Assembly (NCBI GenBank): GCA_902796815.1
Contig: CADBQL010000019.1
Coordinates: 1 to 25,286 of the forward strand
Length of the DNA stretch: 25,286 nt
Source of the DNA: an uncultured Coriobacteriaceae bacterium
GTDB lineage: Bacteria > Actinomycetota > Coriobacteriia > Coriobacteriales > Eggerthellaceae
Reading direction: 5' to 3'
In this document: positions 7,737 to 15,470 of the stretch, one piece after another
Layout: each line of letters opens with the position of its first letter
How positions within the stretch are numbered: the first letter of the stretch is position 1
Notes under the pieces: model-generated
What the model was told of the DNA's origin: nothing
Databases searched by the model: none
What the model saw: the letters and a program-made list of their open reading frames with translations, nothing else
Made by a program: the position numbers and the translations under genes

Positions 7737-9134
7737 ATGATGCAGCATACGACGCAAGATGAATCGCACTTCTTGGCAACAACAAGCAGGGTTTTATTCA
7801 TGCTTGCGGTTGCCGTTGGTGTCGCTTTGTTCGTATCGCCCCATTCAGCCCATGCAGTGACAGCAGCCGAGAAGCAAGCCGAAGCCGAAGCGGCTTATGC
7901 AAATCTCATGGCCATGCAGGAGTCTCTCGACCGCCTTTCGGCACAGTACGGCGAGGCTCTTTCCGCCCAAGAGGAAGCCGAGAAGAAGCATAAGGCCGCC
8001 GAAGTGAGGATCGGCGAGATTACCGAAGAGATAGAATCGGTTCAGTCGAGCCTGAATGAGCATGCGCGCGAAATGTATCGTTCTGGTAGCGTGAAGTTTT
8101 TGGAAATAGTTCTGGGCGCATCCTCGTTTGAGGAGTTTGCCACAAGCTTGGACATGGCAAATCGCGTAAATCAAAACGAAGCTGCACTGGTAGACGAGCA
8201 TCGAGCTCTGAAAGAGGAAGCCGTAGAGCAAGAGGCTATCCTACAAGAGCAAGCAGAAGTTGCTGCTAAGAAATCGGAAGAGGCAGCAGCGGCTGAACAG
8301 CAGGCGCAGGCGACCGTCGCCGAAATGGATGCGGTGTACCAGAGCCTGAGCGCCGAGGCTGCGGAATTGCTCGAAGAAGAGCGCAAGGCCCGTGAGGCGG
8401 AAGAAGCCGCGCGTGCTGCCGCTGTGCTCGAGGCGGCCAGGATTGCGGCAGAGCAAGAGGAAGCTGCGCGTGCGGCACAAGAAGCTGCCGAAGCGGAGGC
8501 GGAAGAAGAAGCTGAAGAGGACGAGGCTGCAGAGGATGAGTCCGACGAGTCCGACGAGTCCGATGGCGAGAACTATGTCGACGAGGATGGCGACGGCTAC
8601 GATGACGAGACCGGCGAAGAAATCAGCGAAGAAGAGGCAGAAGAAGGCGAGTCCGACGGGGAATCTGATGACGAATCATCGGACGAGAATGCGGATGACG
8701 AAGAATCCACCGATGACGAGGGTGACAAAGAATCCACCGACGAAGCGGGCGACGAAGAAGCTACTTCTGAAGAGCCTTCCGATGATGGTGGCAACGCAGC
8801 ACCTGCCTACGAGGGCGGAAGCGATACTGTAAGCCGTGCCCAGGCATGTCTGAGTGCCCCATATGTATGGGGAGGTGTCGGTCCTGAAGGATACGACTGC
8901 TCAGGACTGGTGAGTTACTGCCTGACCGGGAGCCACACGCGTCTCGGCACGACGGTAACGTTCATGGGATGGCCGCAGGTTGCGGATCCTCAGCCAGGTG
9001 ATATTGCCGTGAACTGGGGACATACCGGCGTCTATATCGGTGGCGGCCAGATGATTCATGCAGCAACTTATGGCGTAGGCGTTATCACCGGGCCAGTTCA
9101 GGACGGTATGATTTTCGTTCGTTATCCCGGTTAG
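7737..9134 (+). CDS. secreted coiled-coil + NlpC/P60 endopeptidase, paralog 2, with very acidic linker (465 aa)
   Basis: GGAGG RBS; signal peptide ending AHA then VTAAEK as in paralog 1; YDCSGLV and GHTGVYIGGGQMIHA; D/E-rich linker of ~100 aa. Confidence 0.92.
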   Translation: MMQHTTQDESHFLATTSRVLFMLAVAVGVALFVSPHSAHAVTAAEKQAEAEAAYANLMAMQESLDRLSAQYGEALSAQEEAEKKHKAAEVRIGEITEEIESVQSSLNEHAREMYRSGSVKFLEIVLGASSFEEFATSLDMANRVNQNEAALVDEHRALKEEAVEQEAILQEQAEVAAKKSEEAAAAEQQAQATVAEMDAVYQSLSAEAAELLEEERKAREAEEAARAAAVLEAARIAAEQEEAARAAQEAAEAEAEEEAEEDEAAEDESDESDESDGENYVDEDGDGYDDETGEEISEEEAEEGESDGESDDESSDENADDEESTDDEGDKESTDEAGDEEATSEEPSDDGGNAAPAYEGGSDTVSRAQACLSAPYVWGGVGPEGYDCSGLVSYCLTGSHTRLGTTVTFMGWPQVADPQPGDIAVNWGHTGVYIGGGQMIHAATYGVGVITGPVQDGMIFVRYPG

Positions 9135-9304
9135 GAATGGGTCGCGACCAGGACTCGGCTCATCTGGACGCTTTGCTGTTATTCTGCTGAGTGATGTCCA
9201 GAGGGGGACGAAGGGTAAGGTTTTCGCGCGTTGTTTCGCTTCGGTGCTGGATAACTGGCTGCTTGTATGCCGTCTGTGCACCCGCTGGGCATTACGTTTG
9301 TCTC

Positions 9305-9333
9305 ATGAGTCACGCCCCTGGGGCGTGACTCAT
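9305..9333. repeat. 29-bp palindromic intergenic repeat, copy 4
   Basis: atgagtcacgcccc-t-ggggcgtgactcat is a perfect palindrome, 19 nt upstream of the rnhA ATG. Confidence 0.85.
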
Positions 9334-9352
9334 TTTCGATAAGGATGTGGGT

Positions 9353-9835
9353 ATGGCAAAACACGTGGAGCTTTACTCGGATGGATCGTCGCGCGGCAAT
9401 CCAGGTCCTGGTGGCTATGGGACGGTGCTGCGCTATGTAGACGCCGGTGGCGTTGCGCACGAACGCGAGCTTTCGCAAGGGTTTGTTGAGACTACGAACA
9501 ATCGGATGGAGTTACTTGGGGCAATAACGGGCTTCGAGGCGCTCAAGTATCCGTGCACCGTGGATTTCTACTCTGATTCCCAATACGTTATTAAGGCTTT
9601 TACCGAAAATTGGATTGCTGGCTGGCTCAAGCGCGGTTGGAAGAACGCGAGCAGGCAGCCCGTCAAGAACGTCGATCTTTGGAAGCGTCTGATTGCCGCG
9701 GTTGAGCCCCATGACGTGACGTTTCATTGGGTGCGCGGTCATGCAGGCCATCCCGAAAACGAGCGATGCGACGCGCTTGCGACAGCAGCCGCTGATGGCG
9801 AAGAGCTTGTCGTCGACGAAGGGTTTTCGTTGTAA
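9353..9835 (+). CDS. rnhA: ribonuclease HI (160 aa)
   Basis: [50 protein letters not shown]; AAGGA RBS. Confidence 0.97.
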   Translation: MAKHVELYSDGSSRGNPGPGGYGTVLRYVDAGGVAHERELSQGFVETTNNRMELLGAITGFEALKYPCTVDFYSDSQYVIKAFTENWIAGWLKRGWKNASRQPVKNVDLWKRLIAAVEPHDVTFHWVRGHAGHPENERCDALATAAADGEELVVDEGFSL

Positions 9836-9985
9836 GGACGACCCTTGTTTCTGTTTGCGACCTGTTTTGCCCAATCGCGGCCTACCTCGCCTGACTACGG
9901 CGCACGGCATCAAACCGTAGCCTGTCGTGTCCGTATAGCCTTTTGGCGATTCGAATTGTGGGTTGCTGGCGTAAAGCAGATTTTT

Positions 9986-10567
9986 TTACATTACGTAACT
10001 TTTGATGATGCGTCGCAGCTCGTCCATGCCATCGCCTTTCAGCGAGGACGTGATGACCATCGGAACGTCGTCTCCTATGTTGAGTTGGCGTTTGATGGCT
10101 GCTCGCTGTTGGTTGCACTTTGATTTGGAAAGCTTATCGCCTTTGGTGAGCACGATGAGGTAGGGCAGCTCAGCTTCCTGTAAGAATCCGACCATGTTTT
10201 CGTCGAGCGCACTTGCAGGATGGCGCACATCGATGAGTGAGCAGACGAGGGCGAAATTGCGATCTTGGTTGAAATAGCCCTCTATGAGTTCAGACCACCG
10301 CTCGCGCTCGGATTTGGAGACTCTTGCAAATCCGTATCCAGGTAAATCGACGAGAAATGCGTTGCCTGCCTTGAAAAAATTGATCGTTGCGGTTTTGCCT
10401 GGTTTCTGCGAGACGCGCGCCAGGTTTTTTTGTCCGACGAGCTTGTTGAGCAGCGAAGACTTGCCAACGTTTGAGCGACCTGCGAATGCGACTTCAGGCA
10501 GGATCGATGGCGGCAGTTGGCGTGAGGTTCCAAACGATTTATCGTAGGTGACGTTTTTGAAGTCCAA
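9986..10567 (-). CDS. engB: ribosome biogenesis GTPase YihA/YsxC (193 aa)
   Basis: GRSNVGKSS (G1), KPGKT (G2), DLPGYG (G3), TKGD (G4); TTG start after GGAGG at 10576-10572. Confidence 0.95.
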   Translation of the reverse strand: MDFKNVTYDKSFGTSRQLPPSILPEVAFAGRSNVGKSSLLNKLVGQKNLARVSQKPGKTATINFFKAGNAFLVDLPGYGFARVSKSERERWSELIEGYFNQDRNFALVCSLIDVRHPASALDENMVGFLQEAELPYLIVLTKGDKLSKSKCNQQRAAIKRQLNIGDDVPMVITSSLKGDGMDELRRIIKSYVM

Positions 10568-11038
10568 AATGCCTCCAGACCGATCAAGGTGAGATTCGCT
10601 TGCGGGGTATTGCCGTCGAGCCGAGATGCGGTGTGCATGCATGTACCGCGCAACTAAGTGCAGTCTCATGTGCGCTCTGGCGATCGTTCAATATCCGCGT
10701 TATTTTATTGTATCCTCCCTGTCGTCAAACCTTGCGCGCAGCGAGCCAAAGCACATAATGAGTTGTTTTTCGGGTTCGTTTATGTTCATGTGGGATTTGT
10801 CGGCTTGTTTCCCAGGGCAACAGGGATTGGCTGTAGATTGCAGGTTTATGCAATGCGTTATTCGTTGGGTGTCGCTTAAGGGCTGGCAACGTTGCCAGCA
10901 TTATGCTTTTGCACGAGCTGCCAGCCTCATGCTTTCACGCGAATGTCGCTTGTGAGTTGACCTAATCCGCATCAGTCGCGTTACTATGATTACGTCGTTG
11001 GAAGAGCTTCGGCGACCCGTAAGCAAAAGGAGGGTTAC

Positions 11039-12337
11039 GTGCTGTATACGCCATTGACCAAACGAGCACTCACCATTTGTTTTGAGGCACACAAAAACCA
11101 GAAGGACAAATCTGATGCGCCTTATGTGTTTCATCCGTTTCATCTCGCAGAACAGATGCAAACGGAATCCGAGGTGTGCGTAGCGCTGCTCCACGACGTC
11201 GTAGAAGACACGCAGCTTACTGGAGACGACTTGCGTGCAGCGGGAATGCCCGACGACATCGTTGAAGCGGTAGAGCTGCTCACGCACGATGCGTCAGAGC
11301 CGTATATGGATTACGTGGCTCGTATTGCGCAAAACCCGCTTGCTGCCCGCGTGAAAAGGGCCGATCTAACGCATAATTCGGATTTGAGTCGCTTCGATGG
11401 GGAGCCCAGCGAGCGAGACATGGAACGTCGCGAAAAGTATCTGAAAGCGATTTCTCTGCTCAATCGTGCGTGCGATCGTACGCGGTGCAATTCGGGTAGC
11501 CTTTGTGCAGACGACTCGCTTCCCATGTTCGGTGCCATCGTGGGTGACATCGTAGGTAGCGTTTACGAGTGGGACAACATCAAAACGATGGAGTTCCCGC
11601 TGTTTTCGGACGGGTCGACATTCACCGACGATTCGGTCATGACCGTCGCGGTTGCGCAAGCCCTTTTGGAGGTGGCAGGCTCTGGTGAATCGAGGAGGTC
11701 GATTAGTCGGCCAAAGCTGCGTGAGACGGTCGTGTCATCCATGCAAGACCTGGGGCGTCGCTATCCTCGTGCAGGTTATGGCGGATCGTTCAGGAAATGG
11801 CTGCGCACGCACCATCCAACGCCTTACAACAGCTGGGGAAACGGTTCTGCGATGCGCGTCTCGCCCGTTGCTTGGGCAGCGAACAGCGTCGAGGAGGCCG
11901 AGTTTCTAGCTGCGGCGAGTGCTGAGGTGACGCACAATCATCCCGAAGGCATCAAGGGCGCGCAAGCTGCCGCCGCATGCATCTTCCTCGCTCGTATGGG
12001 GAGCTCGAATGACGAGATACGCCATTATGTTGAGGTTAACCATGGGTATGACCTGGGATTTACTCTTGACGATATCCGCGAAGAGTACAAGTTCGACGTC
12101 AGCTGCCAGGGGAGCGTGCCTCATGCCATCGTTGCCTTTTTGGAGAGCTCGGATTTCGAAGATGCCGTGCGTCGCGCTGTCTCCATCGGGGGCGATAGCG
12201 ACACGATTGCCGCAATCACCGGTGGTATCGCGCAAGCGCGCTATGGTGTGCCCGGCCGTATTGCCTTCGATGCCCGTCGCCGCCTACCCGAGGATTTCCT
12301 GACGACAATCGATGCGTTCTGCGAGTGCTTTTCGTAA
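11039..12337 (+). CDS. fusion of HD-domain hydrolase (RelA/SpoT-HD, Mesh1/SAH-like) and ADP-ribosylglycohydrolase (DraG/ARH) (432 aa)
   Basis: AGGAGG RBS, GTG start. N-terminal AH.Q.DK..PYVFHP...LLHDVVEDT; C-terminal GAIVGDIVGS, TDDS, GNGSAMR, THNHPEG, GGDSDTIAAITG. Confidence 0.88.
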   Translation: MLYTPLTKRALTICFEAHKNQKDKSDAPYVFHPFHLAEQMQTESEVCVALLHDVVEDTQLTGDDLRAAGMPDDIVEAVELLTHDASEPYMDYVARIAQNPLAARVKRADLTHNSDLSRFDGEPSERDMERREKYLKAISLLNRACDRTRCNSGSLCADDSLPMFGAIVGDIVGSVYEWDNIKTMEFPLFSDGSTFTDDSVMTVAVAQALLEVAGSGESRRSISRPKLRETVVSSMQDLGRRYPRAGYGGSFRKWLRTHHPTPYNSWGNGSAMRVSPVAWAANSVEEAEFLAAASAEVTHNHPEGIKGAQAAAACIFLARMGSSNDEIRHYVEVNHGYDLGFTLDDIREEYKFDVSCQGSVPHAIVAFLESSDFEDAVRRAVSIGGDSDTIAAITGGIAQARYGVPGRIAFDARRRLPEDFLTTIDAFCECFS

Positions 12338-12567
12338 GGTGTAACAGGTTGCATGCAAGGTGGCTCGAATGATGTACGGTGGCACAAGAGAAAACTCTTC
12401 GACTCGCGATGCGGCTCATGCCCAACGTGGAGCAGGTCGTCTGGTGTCTAGCCTGGCGCAAGGCAAGCCGCCTGTCTAAAGCGGCATTTTAGCAGCCTCT
12501 CCCGCCGCTCCCGCGGCAAGACTGCAAGCTTGGTGCGAGGCAAGCCCTCTTCCTGGTCAAACCCGAA

Positions 12568-13137
12568 CTATTGCGCCTGTTTTGCGAAATAGTGCATTTC
12601 GAGCGCATCGATGTCTTTCTCTTCGACCTTCGTTCCTCCCAAGCTGCTGCGGAAGAACGAAGCGCCGACTTGCTTATCGGCTTGTGCGTCGGGGTCGGCA
12701 ACAGCCCCCTTGCCTGTTATGTCGATTCCGCGAGAAAAAAGAGTGCCGTGTTGATAGAGCGTTGTCAAAGTGTCGAGCTTGTCGAGTTTGTCGAACTCGA
12801 CGATTGTGCAATAGTAATCTCCCTCGTCGGTGAAACTGCTCTTGACGAAATCCATAGAGTCAATATCGGGGTAGGATTTAGCGATTGTTTCCTTGACCTG
12901 GTCTTCTGACCATTTCGATTTTTCGAAATGGCTTTCGTCCACATATCCTGACAGGGTATCGCCCAAAGAAGTAGAGCCTGGCTTGTAGTAGACGACGTCG
13001 TATTCCATTACGCCTTGGTCTTTGTACCTGTCGATTTTGTAGACATCGTACGGATCAGCGCTTTCGGAACAGCCTACTGCCAAAATGGCAAAGGACGCGA
13101 ATGCTAGAGCGATAACCATTTTCGCAAGTCGTTTCAT
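12568..13137 (-). CDS. predicted lipoprotein of unknown function (189 aa)
   Basis: GAGGAGG RBS; basic N-terminus, hydrophobic stretch and lipobox LAVG-C. Confidence 0.8.
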   Translation of the reverse strand: MKRLAKMVIALAFASFAILAVGCSESADPYDVYKIDRYKDQGVMEYDVVYYKPGSTSLGDTLSGYVDESHFEKSKWSEDQVKETIAKSYPDIDSMDFVKSSFTDEGDYYCTIVEFDKLDKLDTLTTLYQHGTLFSRGIDITGKGAVADPDAQADKQVGASFFRSSLGGTKVEEKDIDALEMHYFAKQAQ

Positions 13138-13178
13138 AGAAGCCCCTCCTCTGAAGTTGATTATCTAACTGGCTGGTT

Positions 13179-13207
13179 AGTATACAAGGTGCTTGCTGGT
13201 ACCGCAA
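13179..13207 (-). promoter_or_regulatory. sigma70-type promoter for the lipoprotein gene
   Basis: On the minus strand: TTGCGG-17 bp-TATACT. Confidence 0.6.
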
Positions 13208-13312
13208 ACCGCGCCTTTGCGCTGCTGCACCAGGCGTGCTGAGGAGGGCATGAGTAAACGGTGCGACCAGTTTTGCTCCAAAGCCAATTGGACGCAGCGT
13301 CTGGTCAGCGCG

Positions 13313-14512
13313 TTACGACCCAATCCCGACCCCGATCCCGATTACCTGTCCAAAGTCAACCTTGTTTCTTCGGCGTTTCATCCTTGCGCTTCGGATGGCA
13401 GCATCCCCTGGGAGCAGTGACCAGATTAGTTCTTGTCGCATTTCTGTTAGCGTATGGTTTGCAATGGAGTGGCGTTGCGGCGAGAGGTCCCGATTGGCGA
13501 ACTGCTCGATAGCCGAAATCGCTTGGAGCATGACATTGTCGAGCGCACCGTATTCATACAGGTCTTCCTTGGTTACAGGGAAGATGATATACCCGTTTGC
13601 GGCGAGCTCGCGATTTCTGCGGATATCGTCTATTGCCTTGTTGCGCACTCGATGAACAGCATTTTTGAGAACGTCTTGGGCGACTTGGCTTTCGGGGTTC
13701 CGGCCAAGCTCAATTGCGGTGTCGGCGATAGACTCAAGGTCGAGATGACCGCCGCCATCGTAGTTGAAACCGATGTTAGTATCGGCAAGGAGTATGTCGG
13801 GGACGCGCGATTCCACGTGTGTTGTGCGTTTTAGTTCAGCGGGAGTGTATACGCGTTTGTTCATCAGGCAGGGAGAAAGCTCGTAGCCCAGCTGATGCAA
13901 AGGGAGATTTGCGAGCGCGGCAATGACCGATTCGGTTGGTGACCATGCGTTGTCCGCAATAAACTCGAGCGCCATGCGTGCAGACTTAGCCCCTCGGAGC
14001 CAATGCGTCTGATCGAGGAAAGCCCTGATGCGTTCAACGGTTGTGGCGGGGGCGATATCGAATGTGGCGTTGCCGCATCTGGGATCGGCCGCATCGCGCG
14101 AATACTCTCCGCAGAGCTCGAAACCGAGCAACAATAGCTCGGTGAGCGGAAGGACGTTTGCCATTTCTACAAACATGAGCTCAGGACTGCTCATAGCAAT
14201 TCCGTCATAAAGCTCAATAAACGCTCCTGCAGGGAGGCTTCTTTCATGCCCATAGACAGTGCTCTGAGCGCATTTGGAACGCAAACGGTCGCTGGCCCTG
14301 CTGACCGCGATATGTACATTGCGCTCCTCGAACGATGCGCCTGACACTTCGCTCACGATACGTTGCCACCTTTTAAGCGTCATGCGCTTAAAAGGACTCG
14401 AATCGGGCGGAACGAGGCTGCATCTACGGTGCCTGCGCATCTTGTGTTTGCTTTTGCAGCGTAAGGCACGCGTGATGAATAGCGCGGTTTGTTTTCCAAA
14501 AGTTACATTCAT
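13313..14512 (-). CDS. AbiEi-like/DUF559 (PD-(D/E)XK-fold) hypothetical protein of the type expanded in Actinobacteria (399 aa)
   Basis: SPELMFVEMA, RGAKSARMALEF...SPTES, RVPDILL....IGFNYDG..H and DIRRNRELAANGYIIFPVT match the pattern I recall for this family; start assumed at MNVTFGKQTAL. Confidence 0.65.
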   Translation of the reverse strand: MNVTFGKQTALFITRALRCKSKHKMRRHRRCSLVPPDSSPFKRMTLKRWQRIVSEVSGASFEERNVHIAVSRASDRLRSKCAQSTVYGHERSLPAGAFIELYDGIAMSSPELMFVEMANVLPLTELLLLGFELCGEYSRDAADPRCGNATFDIAPATTVERIRAFLDQTHWLRGAKSARMALEFIADNAWSPTESVIAALANLPLHQLGYELSPCLMNKRVYTPAELKRTTHVESRVPDILLADTNIGFNYDGGGHLDLESIADTAIELGRNPESQVAQDVLKNAVHRVRNKAIDDIRRNRELAANGYIIFPVTKEDLYEYGALDNVMLQAISAIEQFANRDLSPQRHSIANHTLTEMRQELIWSLLPGDAAIRSARMKRRRNKVDFGQVIGIGVGIGS

Positions 14513-14635
14513 ATTTAAATAATACAATTATTTAGATTCATACTTTGATGTAATTACAAATGCTATCCATTCTCCTTCGTATATTCATAATCCTTGCAGT
14601 TTCATTTTGTGTCGCTTTCCAAAATGTTGCAGCGA

Positions 14636-14720
14636 TGCAAAGAGCAGCCATTTTTTTGAAAGATGGCGGGTAACTCCAGGTCGAGTTTGGTGCAATGCAA
14701 AGAATGGCTAGTATTGCTGG
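14636..14720. repeat. ~85-bp inverted-repeat element, copy A
   Basis: gcag-ccattttt (14648-14655), 44 bp, aagaatgg-ctag-tattgctgg; core shares gggtaa and ccaggtcg with copy C. Confidence 0.55.
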
Positions 14721-14828
14721 TTAGTGGAGCAGAATTCGCATCAATCTGGTTTTGAATGCAATTGCGCAAATGTCCTAGCTCGTGATGCTCAGATCTTCGT
14801 AGGCGATCCTATTGAGAAATGAATCGTC

Positions 14829-14913
14829 CCAATTAGCAACCATTCTTCCAATTGACCGTCATAAAATCCCTTTTCGCTAAAAATGCGAAAGGAAAAATGG
14901 TTGCTATTACTGG
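14829..14913. repeat. ~85-bp inverted-repeat element, copy B
   Basis: ccaattagcaaccattcttcc ... ggaaaaatggttgctattactgg terminal IR; 45 bp between ccattctt and aaaaatgg. Confidence 0.65.
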
Positions 14914-14977
14914 AATTCAAAGAGCGCGATTGGGACGTGGGTGTTACAGGAAAGGATATGCCGCGAGCGTTGCTGGA

Positions 14978-15052
14978 GCGGAGCGGGCCGACTCGTTGGC
15001 GGGGCGGGCCGACTCGTGGGGCGGAGCGGGCCGACTCGTTGGCGGAGCGAGC
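14978..15052 (+). repeat. ~3.5 x 21-22 bp tandem direct repeat
   Basis: gcggagcgggccgactcgttg at 14978, 14999 (variant), 15021 and partial at 15042. Confidence 0.85.
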
Positions 15053-15152
15053 AGATGCGAAAGCCAAGCGCGAGAGAGGCGCGGGCGTTGAGGAAAAGGG
15101 AATAGCGCTTTTGGTTCTGCAATTTGCGCATGTACTCACCGATGTGTATTTC

Positions 15153-15344
15153 AGTCCAGAATCCGAGGCTCGCACCAGCCCAGAATCCGATGCGCGTCCC
15201 GACCCGGGGTGCGCGGTTCGCTTCAGCTCGGAATCCGATGCATGATCCAGCCTGCGATCCGAGACGCGTTCCCATTTGGGATTCGCGGCGCGCCCCGACC
15301 CGGGATTCGCGGCGCGCCCCAGCCCGAGATTCGCGGCGCGCCGT
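15153..15344 (+). repeat. 8 x 24-bp degenerate tandem repeat (minisatellite)
   Basis: Units start every 24 bp from 15153, e.g. agcccagaatccgatgcgcgtccc, gacccgggattcgcggcgcgcccc, agcccgagattcgcggcgcgccgt. Confidence 0.8.
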
Positions 15345-15470
15345 AAATCATGCGTGCAGAAACGTAAAACTCATCGGAGACGGACCGTGACAACAGGCCT
15401 ATCGGTTATGTGTGGTAGCACATGATACGATGTCCATGCGATGTACCCGTGAATCCTGAAAGAGGTTGCA

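Noticed and set aside
9135-9300. Possible ncRNA or riboswitch between NlpC/P60 gene 2 and rnhA
   Set aside because: Only short pairings (tctggac/gtccaga); no SRP, 6S, tmRNA, RNase P or riboswitch signature recognised
10568-10669. Longer EngB start from the ORF track
   Set aside because: GGAGG directly precedes TTG 10567, and the family begins at MDF.N
14540-14578. 10-aa minus-strand leader peptide MDSICNYIKV upstream of the AbiEi-like gene
   Set aside because: AAGGAG lies only 1 nt from the ATG, too close for efficient initiation; no other support
14978-15344. Possible CRISPR array
   Set aside because: Repeats are head-to-tail with no unique spacers, and no cas genes are present
14789-15390. 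Short ORFs across the repeat region (14789-15175, 14883-15245, 14907-15275, 15124-15390)
   Set aside because: No convincing RBS; openness is explained by GC-rich tandem repeats; no protein-like motifs
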